Below are positions 1 to 6,776 of a stretch of 25,811 bases of DNA, in pieces. Below the pieces are notes generated by a model that saw only the letters and a list, made by a program, of their open reading frames with translations, made no database searches and had not been told where the DNA came from. How positions within the stretch are numbered: the stretch's first letter is position 1; the number at the start of each line of letters is the position of its first letter. Position numbers and translations under genes: made by a program. The stretch spans positions 1-25,811 of the IMG/VR virus record IMGVR_UViG_3300025018_000494. The stretch is one strand, 5' to 3'. Origin of the DNA: a virus. Taxonomy: Duplodnaviria; Caudoviricetes.

Positions 1-57
1 GTAGGAGCGATTGCTATGGTAGAACCTTCACCCACCCCCGGTCCGACCTCTGGGGGT

Positions 58-333
58 AATTTGTTCCCAATTCCGTGGCACCCCTTGTGTGTGTGTGTAG
101 CTGCCTTTTTTTGAGAGAGTTCGAGAAGGTACGGGAGAATATAGGAAGATTTTCACACACACATGGGGTGTAGGGAATTAATGGAACTAATTAGAAGATT
201 TTTTTCTATATTATACCTATAGCAACACTTTACGCCTTTGAATTAGTTCCCATTAGTTCCGCGCCCGTCACTTCACATGTATCTATATTAATGAGATAGT
301 TCCGCAATTTGTTCCTAATGATAACGGACTATC
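58..333. repeat. AT-rich non-coding region with iteron-like repeats and a long imperfect inverted repeat; candidate replication origin
   Basis: Motif (A/C)ATT(A/T)GTTCC at 58-67, 241-250, 251-260 and 306-315; GATAGTTCC at 295-303; inverted GGAACTAATT at 183-192. 58-98 and 154-192 form an imperfect inverted repeat including (GT)n/(AC)n tracts. Much more AT-rich than the rest of the window, with no ORF in the track. Confidence 0.55.
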
Positions 334-370
334 AATAAGCTGTCAGAAGTTTTTATGGTGGTAGCCCGCG

Positions 371-404
371 AAAAGCCCCTACCCGCATAATTACAGGTAG
401 AGGC
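371..404 (-). terminator. Rho-independent terminator ending the early operon
   Basis: Minus strand GCCTCTACCTGTA-ATTA-TGCGGGTAGGGGC-TTTT: 13-bp stem whose G-U pairs work only on the minus strand, followed by a U tract, ~60 nt after the PAPS gene stop. Confidence 0.7.
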
Positions 405-463
405 TATGGTAGGCGTGACTGGCGGCGTTTGGTCTTAGCAGTCCTGACTTGGCGCGATGGCTG

Positions 464-482
464 CCATCAGCCCTGCCCCCCC
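464..482. repeat. 19-bp direct repeat, copy 1 (stop/start junction downstream of PAPS gene)
   Basis: CCATCAGCCCTGCCCCCCC, identical to 1195-1213. Confidence 0.9.
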
Positions 483-1198
483 AGTGCCATCACTTCGCAC
501 ATGATCCCACAGTCGTCTGCGATTGGCGGCTCGTTCCGTCCGCGCTCTGGATCGAGTTCATCGAGATAGACGCCGTTAATGCAGGTTGCGCCACATTCGC
601 GCTCCATTGCCGCCCTGGCCGCGAACACCTCCGGGAAGTCAACCCGTATCCTGTTCCAGTAGCCCATGCCTCCCTTCACGCAGCCAACACAGTTGTTGTT
701 GCGGTAGCCCAGCTCGTACATCGCCGGACGCCGGATTCCCGACGCCCGCAGGATTTCATGGGCCTCGGCCTTGCTGATCGATTGCTCAATCAGCGGGAAT
801 CCGTGATTGAATTCCGGCATTGCCGATTGCAGGCGTTCAGCACGACGCGTCTCGCTGCAATCGAACCCCCACACGTATGTGATCGGCATCTGCGCAACGA
901 TCTCTGGCTGTTGTTCCCACACCTGGCGGACGCGCCGCTTCAGCACTCGGGTGCACTGTGCACCCGCCGGACCGTTGATGTATCGCCCCATGCGGATCGC
1001 GCCCTCTACGCTGCTGGCCTCGGCACTGCGCAGCGCCTCGATCCTCATCCGGAACCACGTCGCACAGTCCGCCTCGAACCGCGCGCTATCCGCGTGGTGA
1101 TCATCAATGTGAATCGACAACACACGATCCACGCGATCTATTTCCAGCATCGTTGCCACTGCCGACGACACCCCGCCACTGAACCAGGACACTACCAT
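467..1198 (-). CDS. Phosphoadenosine phosphosulfate (PAPS) reductase family / adenine nucleotide alpha-hydrolase protein
   Basis: N-terminal PP-loop VSWFSGGVSSA; CTRVLK; C-terminal GYRNNNCVGCVKGG Cys cluster typical of phage PAPS-reductase-like proteins; TGATG coupling to the upstream gene. Confidence 0.8.
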   Translation of the reverse strand: MVVSWFSGGVSSAVATMLEIDRVDRVLSIHIDDHHADSARFEADCATWFRMRIEALRSAEASSVEGAIRMGRYINGPAGAQCTRVLKRRVRQVWEQQPEIVAQMPITYVWGFDCSETRRAERLQSAMPEFNHGFPLIEQSISKAEAHEILRASGIRRPAMYELGYRNNNCVGCVKGGMGYWNRIRVDFPEVFAARAAMERECGATCINGVYLDELDPERGRNEPPIADDCGIMCEVMALGGQG

Positions 1199-1213
1199 CA
1201 GCCCTGCCCCCCC
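1195..1213. repeat. 19-bp direct repeat, copy 2 (stop/start junction upstream of PAPS gene)
   Basis: CCATCAGCCCTGCCCCCCC, identical to 464-482. Confidence 0.9.
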
Positions 1214-1704
1214 TTCCGCATCGCCGCCGCATGCGCTACCAGGTCGGCGAGTTGGAAGCCCAACTCTCCGCTGTCGGGGGCGTCATCGGCGGCGGTACCG
1301 GCGTAGGTGGCGGCGTAGGTGGCGTTGGCGTAGGCGGTGGCGTAGGCGGCGTAGGCGGCGCGGGCGGCAGGCGCGTAGGCGGCACGGGCGTCGGCGGCGG
1401 CGCGGGCGGCCGACGCCCGTGTGCGGTCCTCACCGGATAACCACCGTTCCGCCCATTCGCGAGTTGCCTCGCACGGCAGACAGTGCGTGCGTACGGCGCG
1501 TTCAACCGTGGCGGCCTGTGCGGCCGCAATATGCGGGCCGTGCAATCGCCACAACGCCCACAAGCGGTCTCCGAGCGGGAACGGGCTGGCGGCGATGTCG
1601 GCGACGGTCACGGTCTCTCGACCTGCGAACCAATCGACGATGGGAGTCGGGTCTTCATAACAATGCGGGAGTGCGAGTATGTCAGCGAGTGTGTAGGTAA
1701 TCAT
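1198..1704 (-). CDS. Hypothetical phage protein with Ala/Tyr-rich low-complexity repeat
   Basis: 168-aa ORF; GAAAGGGA SD-like sequence upstream; coupled to the PAPS gene; RAVRxH...WAERWLSG followed by AAYA-type repeats. Confidence 0.75.
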   Translation of the reverse strand: MITYTLADILALPHCYEDPTPIVDWFAGRETVTVADIAASPFPLGDRLWALWRLHGPHIAAAQAATVERAVRTHCLPCEATREWAERWLSGEDRTRASAARAAADARAAYAPAARAAYAAYATAYANATYAATYAGTAADDAPDSGELGFQLADLVAHAAAMRKGGQG

Positions 1705-1711
1705 TTCTCGG

Positions 1712-2131
1712 TCATCCCTTTCGTTTGTTGGTCACGTTGCCAATGTAGGCATCGGTGGCTTTGCAGTTTTCGCAGTCGCAATCGCGAGGATCGTATCCCC
1801 AATCACGGTCGCTATCCAAGGGCATTCCGCATGCCGCCACGGGCTCTTGTCCGGGCCGGAAATGCACGATGATCGCCTCGGCAGGGGCTTGGTGAAACAT
1901 GGCGCATTGAGTTGGGAATCCATCTTCCCCAGTGGGCCAGAGGGTATCAAGCGCTGCCTTCTTGGTGATGGCTTCGGCAGATTGATCTTGTGCCATATCG
2001 CGCTGCTGGTAGTTCCATTGTAGGTGCAACCACACGACTGCGCAAATGCGGTCGCCACGCCCATGTACACAGCGGCTGCAGTAGCGTTCTTCGTAAAAAT
2101 CGCCTTCGTCACCATTGGCGAAATAGGCCAT
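1712..2131 (-). CDS. Cys-rich hypothetical phage protein
   Basis: 139 aa; AGGAGG SD upstream; CSRC, AACG and CDCENC motifs suggest metal binding. Confidence 0.75.
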   Translation of the reverse strand: MAYFANGDEGDFYEERYCSRCVHGRGDRICAVVWLHLQWNYQQRDMAQDQSAEAITKKAALDTLWPTGEDGFPTQCAMFHQAPAEAIIVHFRPGQEPVAACGMPLDSDRDWGYDPRDCDCENCKATDAYIGNVTNKRKG

Positions 2132-2287
2132 GCGTCATTCCTCCTGGGATGTGCCACGTTTCGATGATCTTGGTCACATTGCCGGTCATGGTTTTGTTCC
2201 TTTTGCTGCGGCTACCAGGTCGGCGAGTTGGGCCTCTCGCTCGGCGGCGGCGTCGGTGGCGGCGTATCGCTCGCAATCGCGAGGATC
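2128..2287 (-). pseudogene. Chimeric gene remnant built from short pieces of neighbouring genes
   Basis: Start-less frame DPRDCERYAATDAAAEREAQLADLVAAAKGTKP* (stop 2186-2188), ATGA-coupled to a 26-aa ORF at 2109-2189 (MTGNVTKIIETWHIPGGMTHGLFRQW). Pieces match 1776-1792, 1235-1255, 1728-1741 and 2529-2553. Confidence 0.6.
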
Positions 2288-2310
2288 CGAGCGCCGGGAT
2301 CGGACCGGCG
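2288..2310 (-). repeat. 23-bp intergenic hairpin repeat H, copy 1
   Basis: CGAGCGCCGGGATCGGACCGGCG, identical to 10794-10816; CGCCGG/CCGGCG stem. Confidence 0.85.
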
Positions 2311-2315
2311 GTTGG

Positions 2316-2750
2316 TTACTCGGCTTCTCCGGCGGCGGCGAGGTAGAGGGCTTCAGTTATGTCGTCCGTGTCGGCATCTGCCCACAGCGAGTTGGCGCCA
2401 AGGCAAATGGCCCAGCGGTTGTTGATGCGCATGACTGTGCGCTCGCGGTCCAGCTTGTATGCCTTTATCGGCGTGTCCGGCATCTCGATCTCTTCCGCCA
2501 TGTCGGGGGGGAGCCAGTAGGGGACCTCGATGTGCCACGTTTCGATAATCTTGTAGTCCAGGGCACAGGCGTATTGCAGGGCGGCGGTCCAGTCCGCGTC
2601 TTCGATGCTGTCGAGATGTGGCGTTGTGTAGTCGGTGTTCTCGCAGTAGGTTGCGTCGTAGCCCAGTTCGTTCAGGTGGTGCACCAGCAAGCGGGCGTGG
2701 TATTGCGTCGCGTCCTGCCCCAGATGCTGCTCGTTGATTTTCAGGCTCAT
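2316..2750 (-). CDS. Acidic hypothetical protein, first gene after promoter P1
   Basis: Start refined to MSLKINEQ (2750) with GAGAGGA SD. The longer 3041 start in the track runs through the promoter repeat. Confidence 0.75.
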   Translation of the reverse strand: MSLKINEQHLGQDATQYHARLLVHHLNELGYDATYCENTDYTTPHLDSIEDADWTAALQYACALDYKIIETWHIEVPYWLPPDMAEEIEMPDTPIKAYKLDRERTVMRINNRWAICLGANSLWADADTDDITEALYLAAAGEAE

Positions 2751-2770
2751 TTTCTTCGGTCCTCTCGTTG

Positions 2771-2880
2771 TGTTTTCGGCTTGGGCGTCGTGCCCTTGCT
2801 CTACATATACAATAGCCCAAAGATCGGAAAGTACAAGAGAGTTCCGGAAGATTATTTGATGATTCTCAAGCTTTTTTCGT
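2771..2880 (-). promoter_or_regulatory. Repeated early promoter/leader P1 (sigma70-like)
   Basis: TTGTAC(2836-2831)-16 nt-TATTGT(2814-2809), followed by a GGGC-ACGAC-GCCC hairpin; 108/110 identical to 11181-11290. Confidence 0.75.
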
Positions 2881-3097
2881 AGTCTGTGGCGGCGTGTGGC
2901 TGGTCCAGGGTGGCAATGCTCGAACCGCCGTCTGTCCAGATATTGCCGATGCCAGGGTAGTAGCGGATTACGGGCGGGCGGCTGTGCAGGCGGGCGGTGC
3001 CGTCCTGATCTACCGTGTGGAAGTGGGCCCATGCGGGCCATTGTGGATCGCGGCGTATGCTGGTCATGGCGGTTCCCATATGTGCGCGTTCAGCCAT
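2852..3097 (-). CDS. Small hypothetical protein (DxDG...W...DYxxSL domain related to the N-terminal half of the paralogs at 10303 and 13879)
   Basis: Overlaps the stop of the upstream gene; start 3097 or 3067; motif WPAWAHFHTVDQDG...IW...DYEKSL. Confidence 0.6.
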   Translation of the reverse strand: MAERAHMGTAMTSIRRDPQWPAWAHFHTVDQDGTARLHSRPPVIRYYPGIGNIWTDGGSSIATLDQPHAATDYEKSLRIIK

Positions 3098-3404
3098 TGC
3101 GTATCGTGGGTTCTCGTTGCTCCAAGATTGACGCCCCGGCTGGTACGTAGTCATGGCTGCGGTGGTAGCGCCGGAATCGGCAACCATGCGGGAACGTCCT
3201 GGCAATATCGGATGCCAGTTGGTACGGTCCATACTGGCGTCCGCACAGGAACCAGTACCCGCCTCTCCAGTCATTTCGCACGGCGACTATGACGCCATGC
3301 TGTGCGAAAATACTGCTGGTAACGTCTACGCGCATGACTGGACCGCCTCGCCTTTCGCGTAGCGCCTTGAGGATACGGTGGATGTACAAAACCCTGTTGC
3401 TCAT
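3090..3404 (-). CDS. Hypothetical basic protein
   Basis: 104 aa; AGGAG SD 7 nt upstream, directly after the primase stop. Confidence 0.65.
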   Translation of the reverse strand: MSNRVLYIHRILKALRERRGGPVMRVDVTSSIFAQHGVIVAVRNDWRGGYWFLCGRQYGPYQLASDIARTFPHGCRFRRYHRSHDYVPAGASILEQREPTIRNG

Positions 3405-3413
3405 CGTGTACTC

Positions 3414-5750
3414 CTATTCCGTGTAGATCGTTACCGGGCGTCCAGCGCCCGAACTGTCGATGATGGCGTAGCGGATGCGATCCTGCTCCATCAATGACTG
3501 GATCGCCTCATCCAATTCACGCGCCCGTGCTCGCGTTGCCCTGCATACATCCCGGCGCGTTGCCGAGCCGCCACCGTCCCGAATTGCCTTGATTACACGC
3601 TGGCACAGGGCGTCAAACGGCGATTCTGCAGCGCTCGTTTCGGCCATGTAGAGCATGCGCTCCGTCTGGTGACTGGACATCGCCCATCCCCATTTGACCG
3701 CCTCGATGTCCACCATGGCGGCGAGCGGGTTGGCCGACAATTCATAGAGCAGTGCCAGTTTCGCGGCCTTCTCGCCAGTTCGTCCGATGATTGCCCGATG
3801 CCGTTCGTCTCGCATGTTCCGCCGCCTGTCGTCGGTCGCGTCACATTGGGCAAAATCGTACTCGCGGGCGGCCATGCTGAAATCGAGCTGCCGAATATCG
3901 GGCATGGTTTGCCCGGACTCGACATTGCCACGTTGCGCTGCCCACCATGCCGCAATGGCCATTACGTTATCCGGCGGGAGTTGATCCACGTTCGCCCCAC
4001 GATTGCGGCGCGGCAACTCGGCTGCCTCGAACAGCAGAAATCGCGCGATCAGTCCATTGGCCAGTGAGAACGTATCCACGCGCTCCCATACGCAGGACGG
4101 AACGCCGGTCGCCATGATTGTCAGCCCTGGCTCGCAAATCGTCTGTTTAGAATCGAGGCTGCCGTCCCGCCGTGCCTTCATGCGCGTGTCGTAGCGGTTG
4201 CGCGTGAACATTTCGAGGATCACCTTCGAGACGCCGAGCCCCGTAAATGTGCTGTTGGATTCGGCGGCGATCTGGTGTACAAGCCGGTCGAATTCGTCAT
4301 TCTGGATCAGCATCGCCCCCCGCAGCTGCATCCAGTCTTCGAGCGCCGGACCGCTGGCGATTGTGCTCCCGTGGTGGTCCATCAATTCCAACGCTTCGAG
4401 GATTGTCCGGTTCACTCGGGTCGGGTGTTCCTTGCCGGTTGCCGACGGTGCCAGGGCCGCGATGTAGAGCGGCGGGCGGGTGCCGTTCAACGCCACGCGC
4501 CGGGAGGCCAGGAATGCCTGCATCGCCAGTGCAGCGGCGAACGCCAGCGGCCTGTTGGGATAGGGCGCGGTTGCCAGTGTGTGTTCGGTTAGGTTGCCGA
4601 TGAATCCAGGCACGTCGAACATGGCCGACGGCGTTGGCCCAGGGTCTGCCGGTCCACGCGGTGCCGGTGTTTTCCGACGGGCCGCATTCAGCTCCGATAT
4701 CGGAAATCCCAGGTTTGGCGGTGGCGGTGCAGGTGCAGCAACGGATGCAGCCGTTGCTGCAAAATTGCCGCCGTGGTTGAGCAACGCCTCGACCGCGAAC
4801 GGTGTATATGATTCGTTCGCGGTGAACGGCGGAGCGGCGGAGCTGAACACATAGAAATGCTCGCCATCAAACGTGGCCGAATGATTGCCCACCGTTTTGC
4901 CGGGCCGTCGCCAGTACTGTTGTCCGCCTGATTCTGCGACCATCTGCCAGCCGTGGGGCGTGAGGATCGCCGCGATGTCGGCTGTGGCATTGAATGCGTC
5001 CCCAGGCCTGTCCGTGGCAACAGGGGCGCGTCTGGCGGTCTGTGGCGGCGTTGGCAAGGCCGGGGCGTCAATTATGCAGGTTTCGCCGCGCGTTGGGTTG
5101 TCGGCGATGAATCGACAGGGACGGTGCGGCCTGTCTTCGGTGGCATCGCCCTTGCAGTTCCATGTTCCCGGCAGTCGCATGATGCGGCTCGGGTTGTGGA
5201 CGCAGGTATCGACATGGACGCCAGCAACGGCATGTTCGGCTGCCAGGTGTGCCAGGTATCGCGCGACGGCGTCGTCGTCGGTTGGCAGGTCAATGGGATA
5301 GTAGGCGTGACGTCCGGAGCCTGAATCTACCACGACCGGCCCCGGCAGCCTGGCGTAGATCGCCACGGCGGCGTCTGCCAGTGCGACCTCGGCATCGGTT
5401 GCGCAGATACCCGCAGGCCTTACCGGGTCGATGTCGATGGGCAACCAGCGGCGACGGGCGATGTCGGTATCGCTGGTCGACAGCCCTTTCTGTGCCTGTT
5501 TCAGCCGCCTATTGGCCCTGCCGAGCAGTGCCGGATTGACTGGGTTGATGGTAATGTAGACGCCGGAATAGCTGCCGATGCCTGCGAGGCTGGCGATCAA
5601 TGCGTCGGCATCGTCCCCCGTGTAGTAGCCTGATACCATGTGAGGACGGCGATACTCGCGTGTCTCGGCGTCAATGACACGGCACTCGAATACGTCCTCC
5701 GGCCTGTAGAAAAACGCGACAGCGGCGCGTATCTGGTCGGGGTCAAACAT
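3414..5750 (-). CDS. AEP-family (RepB'-like) primase fused to a DUF3987-like P-loop NTPase/helicase domain
   Basis: AEP motifs IDID, DSGSGRH and RIMRLPGTWN. C-terminal Walker A-like APSATGKE, Walker B-like NDEFD, GLIARFL, and a terminal winged-helix-like region. Start 5750 (MFDPDQ) or 5762. Confidence 0.8.
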   Translation of the reverse strand: MFDPDQIRAAVAFFYRPEDVFECRVIDAETREYRRPHMVSGYYTGDDADALIASLAGIGSYSGVYITINPVNPALLGRANRRLKQAQKGLSTSDTDIARRRWLPIDIDPVRPAGICATDAEVALADAAVAIYARLPGPVVVDSGSGRHAYYPIDLPTDDDAVARYLAHLAAEHAVAGVHVDTCVHNPSRIMRLPGTWNCKGDATEDRPHRPCRFIADNPTRGETCIIDAPALPTPPQTARRAPVATDRPGDAFNATADIAAILTPHGWQMVAESGGQQYWRRPGKTVGNHSATFDGEHFYVFSSAAPPFTANESYTPFAVEALLNHGGNFAATAASVAAPAPPPPNLGFPISELNAARRKTPAPRGPADPGPTPSAMFDVPGFIGNLTEHTLATAPYPNRPLAFAAALAMQAFLASRRVALNGTRPPLYIAALAPSATGKEHPTRVNRTILEALELMDHHGSTIASGPALEDWMQLRGAMLIQNDEFDRLVHQIAAESNSTFTGLGVSKVILEMFTRNRYDTRMKARRDGSLDSKQTICEPGLTIMATGVPSCVWERVDTFSLANGLIARFLLFEAAELPRRNRGANVDQLPPDNVMAIAAWWAAQRGNVESGQTMPDIRQLDFSMAAREYDFAQCDATDDRRRNMRDERHRAIIGRTGEKAAKLALLYELSANPLAAMVDIEAVKWGWAMSSHQTERMLYMAETSAAESPFDALCQRVIKAIRDGGGSATRRDVCRATRARARELDEAIQSLMEQDRIRYAIIDSSGAGRPVTIYTE

Positions 5751-5934
5751 TGCGCGGCCCATCCGTATGGTTGATCGTTTGAACGTGGACGTGACCGTAA
5801 TCGTAGACAGTCACTTCCATGGGCACCGTGTAGCGCCGTTTTTTGCCGCCAGAAGGCCATTTACATTCTTCGACGGGGCCTGTTGGCGTTGCCGGTTTGC
5901 CGAAGATGGAGACGGGCTTGTTCAAATCGATCAT
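5743..5934 (-). CDS. Small hypothetical protein (63 aa)
   Basis: ATGA overlap with the upstream stop at 5931-5934; fills the gap to the primase. Confidence 0.6.
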   Translation of the reverse strand: MIDLNKPVSIFGKPATPTGPVEECKWPSGGKKRRYTVPMEVTVYDYGHVHVQTINHTDGPRNV

Positions 5935-6776
5935 GGTGTGTGGTCCTGAAGTCGTTCGTGGGCATCTTTTACCGCATTGGTGACGGCCGTTGCGAGCCAA
6001 TCGCTCGGAATTGCTGCGTTGCGGACGTCAACCTTTACGTCAACCGTTGCGCTCGATCCGCGACAAACGGAAACATGTACGCGCACGGGCAGGCCCCCGA
6101 GAGACTTGGAAACGTGATCCCCCACAAACTCAACGGCGGTTCGGTGGCCTCGCAGGTTCATTTCATCCATCAGCGGCGACGGGCACCGAAACACCATCCA
6201 TACTGGTTCGTCGGGCGGCGGCAACGCGAATAGCGTGTCAGCCTTGCTCTCCTGTTTGAAGGCGGTAATTGCCGCCGTCAACGCCATCAGGTGGATACGC
6301 ATTGGCCCGGCAATCGTATCCGCCAGGGTTGCCATGCTGACGGCATCGCGCATGGCGTCCAACGATTCCGATCTGCGGATTTCGCGTTGCCGATCATCTG
6401 CAACAGACGCGAGCATGTATGTCGCGTGTCTGGCTCGGAGCATGTTTCCAGCGGCGCGAACGGCAGCCCGAGCCGATTCCCCTTGCCATTCCGTGCCGCA
6501 TAGCGTCAACGCGGCCTGGGTGCGGGTCAGGTCAGTGTCCATTGGACCTCGGCGGAGATTGTTGGACAGCCAATCCTCGGCCCATTGGGCGGTCTTCTCG
6601 TACGTCTGCGCGTGAATGCGCACTGCCCTATTTACTATTCCCTCAATCGTTGGTAGAGCGTTTTCGATGTTGTCGGTGATCAGGTCGCGAATTTTGTCGC
6701 CAATGATCGTACCGGTGTGCGGCCGCAGTGGGTTGTTCACGAATTTCCCTTTCGTTTCAGAATTGCAGATCGTCAT
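5931..6776 (-). CDS. Hypothetical protein
   Basis: 281 aa, overlaps the helicase end; shares the RAVRxH...TxxWAExWLS motif with 1198-1704. Confidence 0.7.
   Translation of the reverse strand: MTICNSETKGKFVNNPLRPHTGTIIGDKIRDLITDNIENALPTIEGIVNRAVRIHAQTYEKTAQWAEDWLSNNLRRGPMDTDLTRTQAALTLCGTEWQGESARAAVRAAGNMLRARHATYMLASVADDRQREIRRSESLDAMRDAVSMATLADTIAGPMRIHLMALTAAITAFKQESKADTLFALPPPDEPVWMVFRCPSPLMDEMNLRGHRTAVEFVGDHVSKSLGGLPVRVHVSVCRGSSATVDVKVDVRNAAIPSDWLATAVTNAVKDAHERLQDHTP

Noticed and set aside
86-163. (GT)n/(AC)n microsatellite or eukaryotic contamination
   Set aside because: The short tracts are the two arms of the inverted repeat in the ori-like region.
1290-1415. GGCGTAGGCGGC-type tandem repeats as a non-coding array
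   Set aside because: They are in-frame Ala/Tyr codon repeats within ORF 1198-1704.
2128-2310. CRISPR mini-array or antisense guide array with self-matching spacers
   Set aside because: No repeated unit separates the fragments, lengths are irregular, the pieces are sense to their source mRNAs, and no cas gene is present.
2353-2820. ORFs beginning MGYCICRARARRPSRK (2820 and 11230) as a duplicated N-terminal domain
   Set aside because: This is translation through the repeated promoter; SD-supported starts are at 2750 and 11161.
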